A stretch of 38,832 nt of DNA from the NCBI GenBank assembly GCA_900088475.1, contig FLMG01000804.1, forward strand, positions 1 through 38,832, given 5' to 3'. This DNA is from Hyphochytrium catenoides. Taxonomy: Eukaryota > Protista > Hyphochytriomycota. Made by a program: the position numbers and the translations under genes. The stretch's first letter is position 1. Every line of letters starts with the position of its first letter. This document shows positions 1 to 10,988 of this stretch, piece by piece. The notes beneath the pieces are model-generated. The model was not told the origin of the DNA and ran no database searches. It saw nothing but the letters and a program-made list of their open reading frames with translations.

Positions 1-819
1 GGGTCTGGGTTCGGAAGGGCACGGGGATGGTCATTGTGAACAAGCAGCCTCTCTTGAAAGTTTTCCCAAGAGATCAGCACAGGCAGCGATTGTTGGAGCC
101 TCTTCTAGCGACTGGACAGTGAGTTAGCTTTCTTATGGGCGACCTCTGGATTAGTTATGCTCTTTGGCAGCTGTTTTCTTGCTATCTATGATTGGATCGT
201 ACTCTCTCTCTATTACGCTTCTCTCTCTCTCTCTCTGCTTCTAGCGCTGCTCTTTCTTTGGCACCCTCGTCTCTGGNNNNNNNNNNNNNNNNNNNNNNNN
301 NNNNNNNNNNNNNNNGCGTTCTGGTTCTCTGCTTCGTTGCTTCTGTCTTGTCCTTGGCCTCCTGACGCTAGTACTCATCCCGCTCGTTCCTTTTACTGCC
401 GAAACTCTCGCTTTCTGTGTCTGTGCGTGGCCTTGTCTGTGGTGCCTCTGCTTAAGACTTGCAGAAGTCCTCTCTTTGCTTTCTGATCTGCGGCATAACT
501 GTGATGTTGGCCTGACTTTACTTGCCTGATGAACCTTATATTCTTTGTGTGGCCCCTAACTTTCCCTCCCTATCACCGCCTTTCCCACCGCTGTAGAGCT
601 GGCAAGTTTGATATCTGGTGCACAGTGAAGGGCGGAGGTGTCTCTGGCCAAGCAGATGCAATAAAGCTCGGAGTTGCCAGAGCGCTGCAGCACTTCGACC
701 CTGAACTTCGATGGCCGCTCAAGATTCAAGGATTACTCAGGAGAGACCCAAGAGTGGTGGAGGAGAAGAAGTACGGCAGAAAGAAGGCGAGAAAGTCCTT
801 CCAGTGGGTCAAGAGATAA
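1..819 (+). CDS. MRPS9: Ribosomal protein uS9, probably mitochondrial (3' part; 5' end outside window)
   Basis: Exon 1-118 encodes [43 protein letters not shown] intron spans 119-596. Exon 597-819 encodes [28 protein letters not shown]...[25 protein letters not shown], with the uS9 GGG.SGQ motif and a bacterial/mitochondrial-type basic tail. Splice phase is consistent (CA|A). Confidence 0.93.
277..315. other. Assembly gap (39 N) within a CT-rich intron
   Basis: Run of N flanked by (CT)n-rich sequence inside the uS9 intron. Confidence 0.98.
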
Positions 820-1436
820 GGACTCACAGAAGACGAGTCCAAGGGAAAAGGGAAAGGAGAGAGAGAAGGTCGAGGAACAAGTGGGTGTGGTGCCTGTCCG
901 TATCCCATGTGTGGAGCCTTTCCTCACTGCTGCCTCAGTCGGCACAGTGGCCTGGCTTCTAATATAAACTCAGCATTCATAAGTCACTTGTTTCAACACT
1001 GGAGCTCTCCATAATGATGCAGAATAATGGCACTAGAGAGAGAGAGACATCATCATCTCATTATTGAGTTGTATTGAGTTTGATGACCAGGCGGCTCGGG
1101 CTTGCATCCTTCTCTTAACGGTATATGCATGGTCGGCTATTGCCTCCTTACCTCTATCCAGTAGCAGACCACCCACAAAACCCCTCGCAGCGTCACCCTC
1201 CACTCCCGCGACCGACAAGCTACCTCTTTCCTTATTGCCAATTTCATCTCTTCAGTTCCCTTGCTGTCTAGACACTAGATCCTGTTAGCTCGTATTCGAC
1301 CGCCAGATAGAGTCAAAAACTCTGACAGGGTCCCAAACGGCCCATCCTGGAGAATGGACTTTATCCTCCACGAGCATTAGCTTGTTGGGCAGCAGGAACA
1401 GTGCAAGATTTGACCAGCCCACTGTCCCTCTCGACC

Positions 1437-2594
1437 TCAGTCATACATCGTATTATAGAAGCGCAATAGCTCTTGCCTGTTCTTCTCTCGCTGCAAGTCG
1501 GCTTCCGTCTTATCAATCTTCCTCTTGATCTTCTTCCCGCTGATTGCACTTCGAAGAGTTGCTGAGTCGCTATCGCTCGAGGACGAGGAAGACGATGAAG
1601 AACTGTCGTCTCGGCTCTTTTTGGAGCAAGGAAGGGCAAAGGCAGCGCCAACTGGTTAGCGGCGTCTGGGTAATCAAACGGAACGAGAAGAGAACGAGAG
1701 AGACGGAGAATAAAAAATAAAAGAGGACAAGTAGTCCCAACGTAGCGGATAAAAACTAAGGGCACCAGGAGCTCATGAGGCGAAGGGAAGAAGAACTTAA
1801 GTGTGAAGGAGAAGCGGGGATTCTCGAAAAACAAGCCGCTTTACCCTCTTCTTTTTTGACTTCGCGTCTTTCTTCCTTTTCTCCTTCTTGCCGGACTTCT
1901 TCTTACTCTTCTTCTTCCTCTCACTATCGCGATCCTTTTTTTTCTCTCTTTTACTCCTGTCCCTCGAGCGTCCTCTCGTGCTCCTCTCTTCCCTGGACCG
2001 CTTCTTGCCATACCTATCCTGGACGATCATATGGCCGTAGACTTGTGGATGTTAGAAGGGGGCGATGAAGGCGATAATAGGCGATAACGCGCTTTGCAAG
2101 TCTATGGCGAGAGACAGAGAGTATACAGAAGAGACAGAGAGAAACCAAGAAGACAAGGGTAACTGGAGACGTGTGTCTCACATCATCGCTGCTAGCGTCG
2201 GCCGCGGAAAGGGATCCACTTCGCTCTCTCCTCTTATATTTGGCATCTTCTTTCCGGTGATCTCTGGGAGATAAGCTCCGGCTGTGCTTCCGCTCTCGCC
2301 TTTTTGTGGACGATGCCTGCGGCGACCTTGAAGAACTGTGACAGAATATTTTCGAAGGGTAATTAGGAACGATTGACCGGGTTGGTCGCTCACTGCACAT
2401 CGCCTGCACCTTCTACGGCTTCTTCTAGCATCTACTTCGCTTCTATCTCTGCTGCGATCCCTATGCCGGCTTCGGGATCTTGACCGCCGCCTTGACCCTA
2501 GAACAGGCAGAGAAATCACATCGATGGAGATTCAACAGGACTGCGGTATGGGTCACTTACGGTCATCATATCTATCTTGGCTTCTCGATGGCAT
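1437..2594 (-). CDS. Uncharacterised Arg/Ser/Lys-rich, probably nuclear protein (~5 exons)
   Basis: ATG at 2594 (MPSRSQDRYDD|gtaagt). Later exons encode RSRRRSRSRSRHRDRSRDRS, RKHSRSLSPRDHRKE and DRYGKKRSREE...KKDAKSKKKR. The last exon encodes SSSSSSDSDSATLRSAISGKKIKRKIDKTEADLQREKNRQELLRFYNTMYD* with TGA at 1439-1437. Internal splice sites are partly uncertain. Confidence 0.75.
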
Positions 2595-2928
2595 CCTTAC
2601 GTGCACTGTATCTTGACTCTCACAGCACTAGACCCCTCTTCTGCCGCCACCTACTCTCACCCTAAGTGGAACCTTCCTTAAGCATCGGCAGATTAGCCGA
2701 TAAATCTCCGAATCTTCAGTTTTTCACTCTCAGAAATGTGCTGAAGCTTCACACAGAGATTCATAATCGGCAAACTTGAAACCGTAACGTACATTTTAGA
2801 TTCGTATATTCTACGGATAGAGTCAAAGATACAATCCTAAATTAGTTTGGAGCCTGGCGCATACTACTATGAACAGTCTGACTAAACAAAGGTACACTCC
2901 ATCTTTCTCTCATTACTACTGCCCCTGG

Positions 2929-2937
2929 AAACCCTAA
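2929..2937 (+). promoter_or_regulatory. Telo-box-like motif AAACCCTAA in the divergent intergenic region between the RS-protein gene and SEC31
   Basis: Exact AAACCCTAA in the ~700 bp between two head-to-head start codons. Function is inferred only. Confidence 0.25.
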
Positions 2938-3289
2938 GTTTACTTCAGCTCCTGCGGTGTGGGAGCCTTGACCCTGCTAAACTCTTAGGCGAAGCGCAGA
3001 TGGCGCTGTTCTCGAGGTAATAAAAGACGGCAAACTCAATGCGGAACGGAGCTTCATGAAATCTGCAGAGGGAAAGAGGCGTTCTTCAGGGGCAGAGAGA
3101 GAGCGCGCATTGAGCCTCATTGAGATTTGTTCTGCGGCGGGGCTAGGGACGAAGGTCCTCAAGGGATTTGCTGCCCTCTTCAGTCTGTTTAGGCTTGCGG
3201 ACAGTAAGGTAGTTCGCTAAGATCAAGGGTCGAAGTGGGTCTTCGCAAGAAGAAAGTCAGCTGTTAGAAAGCAGGGATAGGTTGTCAGG

Positions 3290-6200
3290 ATGTCTCTGTT
3301 AAAGGAGATTCCTGACAAGGGTGCCACTGTGGCATGGAGTACGGCCTCCGCTTATCCAAACATCATTGCGGTGGGCTCTAAAGAAGGGGGAGGAGTCGGT
3401 TTTGATAACTATGGAGGGGAACTGGAGCTATACCGCGTAGACTTTGAGAACAACAACCCCAGCCCCGTCAATGCAGGCAGCGTCAAGACTACGGCCCGAT
3501 TTTCCTCCTTGGCGTGGAGCAAAATGAGCAAGCAAAGCGCAAAGTTCCCTTGCGGGATCATCGCAGGAGGTGAGATATGCTTTGGTCCTTGCCTGACGTT
3601 GTAACCACTTTGCTTCCACGCACTGTGTCTCATGCTGCTAGTCGTCCCATCTTCCGTATCTCTTCATCTCGTTCTTCATTGCCTTTGATAAGCTCCAGCG
3701 GGGCCAGGTTGGTCTTCTTCCGCTGTGCCTCTTTGGATACTGCTATTCTCATCTCACCCGGGAATTATATGAAGGGATGTCGGACGGCACTGTCAACATT
3801 TGGGACCCGCTGAAGCTGATGCGCAATGAAGGCGCGCAGTCGCAGCTAGCACGTGTCCAAAGGCACAAAGGCGCTGTCAAGGGATTGCAGTTTAACCCAC
3901 ATCGAGACAGTTCACATCTTCTGGGCTCGGGGGGAGCCGATAACGAGGTTTACATCATGGCGTTGGAACGGCCTGATGCACCGACTATCTTTTCCCCCGG
4001 CGAAGCTGTTAAACACAATGCTGAGGTGAGCTGCGTAGCCTGGAACACGCAGGTAGCCCACATTCTGGCCACCGGAGCTTCGAACGGGATCTGCATGATC
4101 TGGGATCTCAAGCAGAAGAGACCATGGTGCTCTCTCACAGATCCTCATCGCGCTCCCGTCTCTTCGGTGGCATGGAACCCTACAGAGGCCCAGCACATCA
4201 TCACGGCCTCCGAGGATGACCAAAAGCCCGTCATCAGACTGTGGGATCTGCGAAGCTCTACGTCTACGCCTCTGGCTGAGCTAAACGGCCACACGGCAGG
4301 TAGATTTCTGGCTGTTTAGCTGTTATGCCCTCCTCCTTATGTTGGGTCGTTTTCCTGTCCGTCCTCAGTCCCTTTGATCGCGTTGTTCACTTCTTGAGGG
4401 TGTTTCTATCGACTTTCCTCTTCCTAGTCCGTCGTTGCAGCGTCGATGTAGCCTCCGGTGCCATTTCACCAATCTTTGTCTTACACTCTTGTCTTCGCAG
4501 GGATCCTTTCCATCTCCTGGTGTCACTACGACACGGGTTTGCTGCTCTCCTGCGGGAAGGACAACAGAACCCTTCTCTGGGATCTTTTTTCTGGCAAGAG
4601 TATCTTCGAGCTACCGTCAACTGGCACGATGGAGCAGCCACAGGCGCCTGGCGGGTTCTTCGGTGCCGCTGGAGGCGGCCAACGGCGGTATGATGTCCAG
4701 TGGGCCCCTCACATCCCGGCGGTGATCTCCACCTGCTCCTTCGACCGCAAGGTACAAGTGTTTGGCATGGCTGGAGCCGGCAGCAAGACCTCGACGAGGG
4801 CTCCCAAATGGCTACGCCGTCCTTGTGGTGAGTCTGCGAAAATATTCGCTTTGATGGTGTATGTTTGGCAATCCAAGAGTGGTTAGGCACGCCTTTAGGC
4901 TGCTCTGTCACACGTCTTTGGTGCCTCTCTTATCTAGCTTTCAGGTCTAGTACGAGAACGATCACTCTTCCTCACGTACCCCCGACGTTTTCGTTTCGAT
5001 CTTTTCGCTTCTTATAGGTGTCTCCTGGGGCTTTGGTGGCAAGCTCGTATCGTTCTCCAGCGGTCCTGCTGGAAACTCAATGGGCATGCCAAACCCGCAA
5101 GCTATGTCGAAGATGGTGCAGATTAGGCAGGTCATTACGGAACCAGAAGTGGTCGATGGCGCGGTGAAGTTCGAAGAGACCCTAAATAGCAAGGATTTCA
5201 AGGCATTTTGCAAGGATAAAGCGGCGAGTGCAAAGACAGAGCACGACAAGAATGTCTGGAGCTTCATGCAGATACTTTTTGAGAAGGACGCGCGACAGCA
5301 GCTCTTGTTGCAGCTCGGCTTCGACGCTGAGGTGGTAACCAAAGAAGCTGCGAAATATAGTCAGAAGCCTAAAACGCCGGGAGATGCAGCAGCAACCTCG
5401 ACGCCAGCATCTGAAACGGGCTCTGCTACTGGGTCTGAGACAAGAAGTATGGCGGAAGCCTTTGCCCCGTCAAATGGTCCAAGCGGCGCGGACATCTTTA
5501 ATGCTCCTGCGGCAGGAGCGGAAGAGGTGCCGGGGATGACAGAACTGTCGCTCGAGGGTGTTGACTCTAAGCCAGGGGACGGGGAAGCCGATCAGAAGCC
5601 TGCCTCGGACGATAAGAAGGAGGACGCACCCATCGCAAAAGCTATCGAAGCACTCTCTTCCCTCGCCCCTTCTCTCGGGCCACGCAGCCCTGTCCAGGGC
5701 GGTCCAGTGCCAACGTATACGAAGGAATCTGAGGACATGATTAAGCGTGCGCTTCTAGTAGGAAACTTTGAAGCAGCCGTGGACTGCTGTCTGTTCCACA
5801 ATCAGCTGGCAGACGCTCTTCTCTTAGCCACCTGTGGAGGCCCAGAGCTCTGGGCAAGGACGCAGGAGGCCTACTTTGCAAGGCAGCAACGGCCTTTCTT
5901 GAAGCTTGTCTCCGCTATCATCAAGTCAGAGCTAGGACAATTGGTTGCGTCGTCAGACCTTAATAAGTGGAAAGAAACTCTGGCCATTCTCAGCACCTAC
6001 GGCAAGAGTGAGGAGTTTCCGTCCCTGTGTGAGGCACTGGCTAACAGATTGGAAAGTGAACGGAAGGACATCCGTAGCGCCATGCTCTGTTATATGTGCG
6101 CCGTCAACGTTAAGAAGACCGTTGCAGTTTGGGTCAAGGAGGCCGCGCGGTCAGCCACCGTCATTGGCTCCACAGCAGCCTTGCAAGACTTGGTAGAGAA

Positions 6201-7873
6201 AGTCTCCATCTTCCGCCAGGCGCTTTTAGATCAGGGTGACCAGGATCTGGGCGGTGAAGTGGCTCGGCACTTTGCGAACTACGCGGCGCTACTAGCCTCC
6301 CAAGGCCGCGTAGACTTGGCTACCAAGTACGCAATTTTCCAGGACGAGAGCTGTACTTTGCTGAGGGACAGGCTGGAGCAAGCGCAGCAGACGAGTGCTC
6401 CCTCTGCAGGTGGGTGGGGTCAGACTGCAGCAAAACCCCAGCAAGCAGCTGCCACCAACTACGGAACTCAGCAGCCAAGGGCGGGCTATGGTGCTGCAGC
6501 GGCGCCCTCCCCGGTCCCAAGCGCTGCAGCGCCCGCGTATGGTGCTGCAAGTGGAGGGTACGGAGCTCCGGCCACAGGAGCAGTGGGAGGCTATGGCGCA
6601 TCTGCAACGGGAGCCGCGACAGGCTATGGAGCGTATGGGGTTCCTTCCGCAGCAGCGTCTGCGGCAACATATGGCCAGCCTGCAGCTGTACCGCAGCCTG
6701 TCGCTGCAACAGGATATGGAGGTCAGGCAGGTGGAGGCTACGGGACAGGTGCACCAACCTCACAATATGGAGCGGGCTCCTCTTATGGAACAGGGGCCTC
6801 ATACCCTCAGACCTCCGCTTATGCAGCGCCAACTCCGGTCCCTACCCCCGCGGCCCCCTATGGGGCAGCCCCTGCTGCTGCCGCAGGTGGGAGCTTCGGA
6901 GTGTCAACCGCTTCGACCCCTGCTCCTCCATCTTCGTATAGCATGGGCGGCGCCTCAGGCGGCTATGGAGGTCAAGGGTTCGGTGCTTCTGCTTACGGCT
7001 CAGCTCCTGTCCCAACTCCTCCAGTTCCTTCTTCTACACCTCTGGATGCCGCTCGTGCCGCCACGCTCGCAGGAAGAGCACCCTCTTCTGTGCCTGACAT
7101 TAGAGAGGCTAAGAAGGACGGCTTTGTGAGCAGCGTAGGGAATAAGGACTTGGCGAAGAAGTATGGCAATCAGGTTTCTCTGTCTCCGCGGCCAGCGACC
7201 GAGACTTCAGCGGTAGCTGAGGTTCCAGCTCCTCCTCCTCCGCCCCCAGGCGATGTATCCAACGTCGCAAGGGAGAGTATGCCAATCGTCGAAGCTTTCC
7301 GAGGGCTGATCGACCTTCTTGCCAACATTGACCTCTCAGCGGTAAGTAGGTGAAGAGTCTGGAAAGCAGGCATAAACGTGTGGCGTGGAATGCTCGCCAT
7401 TCATTCGCCTCTTCCTATCTTCTCCCTACTGGACACTAGACTTGTACCTCTGTTGTCCCTTTCTGTTTGTTTGCCGCTAAATGTTACTTTGGACGCTCTG
7501 TTCAGTTCTCAGTCAGCGACAGACCTGGTCTAGCTCTCAAAGTTGCCTTAGCGGTGTTTCAACCTCGTCATGAAGACTAAACTTGTCTTGTTTGCACCCT
7601 TCACTTCCCTCTGTTGTTCTACAGCCTGAGAGAAAACAGCTACAGGAGATTGAGAAGAGCCGGGATGCTCTTTTCTCGAAACTAAACTCGAACGCTGTGA
7701 GCCCTGACGTCCTCGCCAAGCTGCTGGAGATGGCACAGCTCTTCGCTGTCAGAGACTATCGTGGAGCCCATAACATCAACACGGCTTTGACCACATCAGC
7801 TTGGGACCAGAACAAGGACTGGCTAAAAGGGACGAAGTTCCTCATCCAGCTTGCACAGAAGAAGAACGTGTAG
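3290..7873 (+). CDS. SEC31: COPII outer coat protein Sec31 (5 exons)
   Basis: Exons are about 3290-3569, 3775-4299, 4501-4827, 5018-7341 and 7625-7873, all GT-AG and phase-consistent. N-terminal WD40 repeats (HKGAVKGLQFNP, IWDLKQKR, IRLWDLRS) are followed by the Sec31 signature APKWLRRPCGVSWGFGGKL and the ACE1 solenoid (IKRALLVGNFEAAVDCC...ADALLLA.CGGPELW). A low-complexity linker and a C-terminal helical domain (RDYRGAHNINTALT...W) complete the protein. Confidence 0.97.
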
Positions 7874-8271
7874 GGCTTTAGGTAGGGTGATAGCTGTAGA
7901 AGAAGATAAAAGGAAAGAGAGAATGACAGACAAAGAGAGGGAAAAGTGAAGGAGAAGGAGAGTAGTCTGACTAGCTCTGTTCTACCATGAGCAGAAGAGA
8001 TGGAGAGAGCCGCACCTATATATGAAGGAATAAATGTCGGTATATTTTATTCAAATTGATATGTGACACAAAGTGGCAGTGCAATGTAGAGGACAAGCCG
8101 ATCTAAACGGGAGAATGGACATTATGAAAGAGCAACTGGAAAAGAAAGGGACCAAGAGTGGCATGATTTTTGCTAAAGGGGGCTAAGCACAAGGGAGAGG
8201 TGGACCACAGGGTAAGGGATTCGGAGAGGATGGACAAGAGCGTATGGCGGTGAGCGTGAGCGGAAGGTTTG

Positions 8272-10988
8272 TCACATGACAATAGTGCCCGGCTCTGGGA
8301 TGCTTGTGGCGATGGACTTATGAGGCAAGATGAGCCCTCCGTTAATGTACTTCTCGTCCTTCACTTGTACATCTTCTCCCACAACAGTACAGCCTTCCAA
8401 CCGACACTGCGAGAGAGAGGCAAACGTAGTTTGAGAGACCGGGATTAGATGAGAAGCATGTGAAGCAAAGGGAGGACCGCTCTGATGCAAGACGGTATGG
8501 CAGTCCTGGGCGATGAAAGGCCGGCAATTGTGGAAACGCAACATGTAAGCGTAGGGAGATATGGGCTTCGTCTGTAAGATAATATGGCAGCATGACGACT
8601 TGCAGTGGAAATCCATAGAACTTAACCCCGTCTGATAGTCTTAGTCCTTCACTTACCCATCGTCCTATTGTGGACTGCCAGCCGATGATAGAGGAATGGA
8701 TCCAAGAGTTGGAGCGTACTGTCACATTAGTAAGCAGCGTACTTCGAGCGAGCCTGACACCTATTAGGCATTAGACAGGTGAGAGTCGTATATACTAGAC
8801 CTAAGAGCGCAGGTTAGGCTCCTGTCAACAGTCATTTGCAACGCAAGTTCATAACATTCCATACGGCAGCAACGCAAACCTGCCCCACCTTCTTCTATGA
8901 TACAGCCTGAGCCAATGACGACGTCCGGTCCCAGGATGCAGTCTCGACCGATCTTTGACGATGGATCCTTCAATAGAATAACGGGCACCGAAAGGAGAAC
9001 GTCACGACCAACGACAAGCTAAATAGTGTCAACCGTAGATGGAGAAGGCTGTAATACAGAGCGCCTCCGGGGCAGACCCAGGAAGTGTACCCAACAGAGA
9101 ATGACAGGTTCGGGTGGCTAATGTGATTGAACTGCAGCTCCTGCTTACAATGAGCACATTTCCAATAATGTTGGGCCCTGACGCCAGTAACTCAGGGTTG
9201 TGCAGCCTCATATGCCGGAGATGTAAGCACATGCCGGTTAAGTAGTCCTGCGGGAGGGGATGAGAATTAGAAGCAAGGTCAAAAGCACTTCATCTTCTAC
9301 TAGGAAGCAACCCTAACCGCGTTAACCTAGAGCTTCCTTACTACTTTCCTCTTCTCAACTCTATTGCGGTTCGTACGCAACTCAATGTCCAAGAGATGGC
9401 GACGGCGCCGTCTCTGAACGGTTGCCTGTTTTCCCCGAAGGTAGATGATGAACGTGCAACCATTTCCATGCAACCATTTCCATGCACGAGTTGCACCATC
9501 CAGTTCCCAGCCAAATGACTGGCTGGTCGCGTTTGCAAGACAATGACTAGGTAAAAGTGCACTGGACGCGCTATAGAGCAAACTACGTACTTTGGGTTGG
9601 CCGATGTCCATCCAGTATCCATGTAACAGGATTGCGTACAGCTGCTCCTCAGCTGCCATCTGGGGAAACACTTCTTTTTCTATTGATGTGGGACATAGCT
9701 AGAGGGCGAAGCAAGAGCAGGTTTTTGCGTCACCATTGATGGGAATGGTTAGGAATGGGAAGTCGCCTCGTCCTTAAAGAGCACGAAAGGATAGAGGAAG
9801 GGGAGCCATGAATAAGGCAAAACAAAAATCGCAGGAGGAGAAGCCAAGAGAGACCAACGATATAGAAGGACATGAAATAACTTGTCTTGGCCTCCCGACT
9901 TACTTCTATCCGGTCAAGAATGTCTCTATTCAGCAGGTAGATACCCGCATTGATCTTGTTGCTAATATAATCCATGGGCTTCTCTATAAATCTCTCTACT
10001 CGTCCATCCTCGGCACACACGACTACTCCAAACTTCGAGGGCTCCTCTGCACGCGTCACCTACATGCCACGAGCAAGCTGTTAGTGTCTCTTCAGGTTGA
10101 ATAAACGAGTAGCGGTAGAAAGTATGGCAGGGATGCACGTATGGCGTGAAGTAAGAAGAAGGTTAAGCCAGAGCTCGCCGTTTTAAAGCGAGACAGTACT
10201 CAGAGGCTCACAAGAATGGTACCCTCCCCGCCATGCGCTAGATGGAAGTCAAGCATCTCCTGCAGTGGGTAGCCACAAACGATGTCACAATTCATGACGA
10301 AGAAAGCATCGCCATCGTCAAGACTATCGCGGGCCAAGGCAAGGGGTCCGCCTAAAGGGTTCAAGTTAGCCTTAAATGACAACTCTAAGGGACCATGGGA
10401 GGCAGAAGACCCTTAGCCTGCAAGAATAATTGCAGCCAAAGCCATAGATTGGAAACAGACCACTGAGTGCCCTACCTGTCCCTAAAGGCTCCTGTTCATA
10501 TGAGCAGGTGATCTTGACACCGTACTACAATCGTGCACAAAGGATAAGTGAGGAGGAATACTAGGGGAGCGGATGAGATGATGCATGGCGAAGGCACTGC
10601 GAAGATGAAGTAGCCCGCTACAATAGATGCCTTACCTCCTCCTCCATGGACGCAATAGCCTGCATCATAACCCGGGGCTGATAGTTAACAGCCAAGATAA
10701 CCTCGGTGACTCCAACCTTGCAAGGGCAGAACGATGGGAAAACCGGTGAGGCTGGAAAGAAAGCAGTTGCGTCTATTCCTTCTCCTAGACCAGATCAACC
10801 TCGATCCACTAGGGCTTTTGCTCTCGCTTAGAGGGTCGAATTCGGCACTCCTTCCGTACCTTAACCAGTGCTTCAATTTGGTGTCTGACGATGGACTTAT
10901 TGCAGAACTCCACCAGCGGCTTGGGGCAGGAAAGGGTCAGCGGCCGCAATCTGGTGCCAAACCCCCCGACCAATATCAAGGCCTTCAT
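8272..10988 (-). CDS. GMPPB: Mannose-1-phosphate guanylyltransferase (GDP-mannose pyrophosphorylase, catalytic beta/VTC1 type), 10 exons
   Basis: Spliced product reads [31 protein letters not shown]...EPLGTGGPL...FIEKP...KINAGIY...[10 protein letters not shown]...[11 protein letters not shown], then a hexapeptide beta-helix ([14 protein letters not shown]; [13 protein letters not shown]), ending ILPHKSI...IVM*. Exons are about 10988-10860, 10716-10636, 10524-10476, 10350-10212, 10059-9904, 9698-9591, 9247-9149, 8967-8889, 8760-8657 and 8406-8272. Confidence 0.97.
9455..9486. repeat. Short tandem duplication (TGCAACCATTTCCA x2) in a GMPP intron
   Basis: Exact 14-bp direct tandem repeat followed by TGCA. 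Confidence 0.85.

Noticed and set aside
6320-7129. Overlapping ORFs of 170-244 aa within SEC31
   Set aside because: These are alternative-frame or antisense shadows of a GC-rich low-complexity exon.
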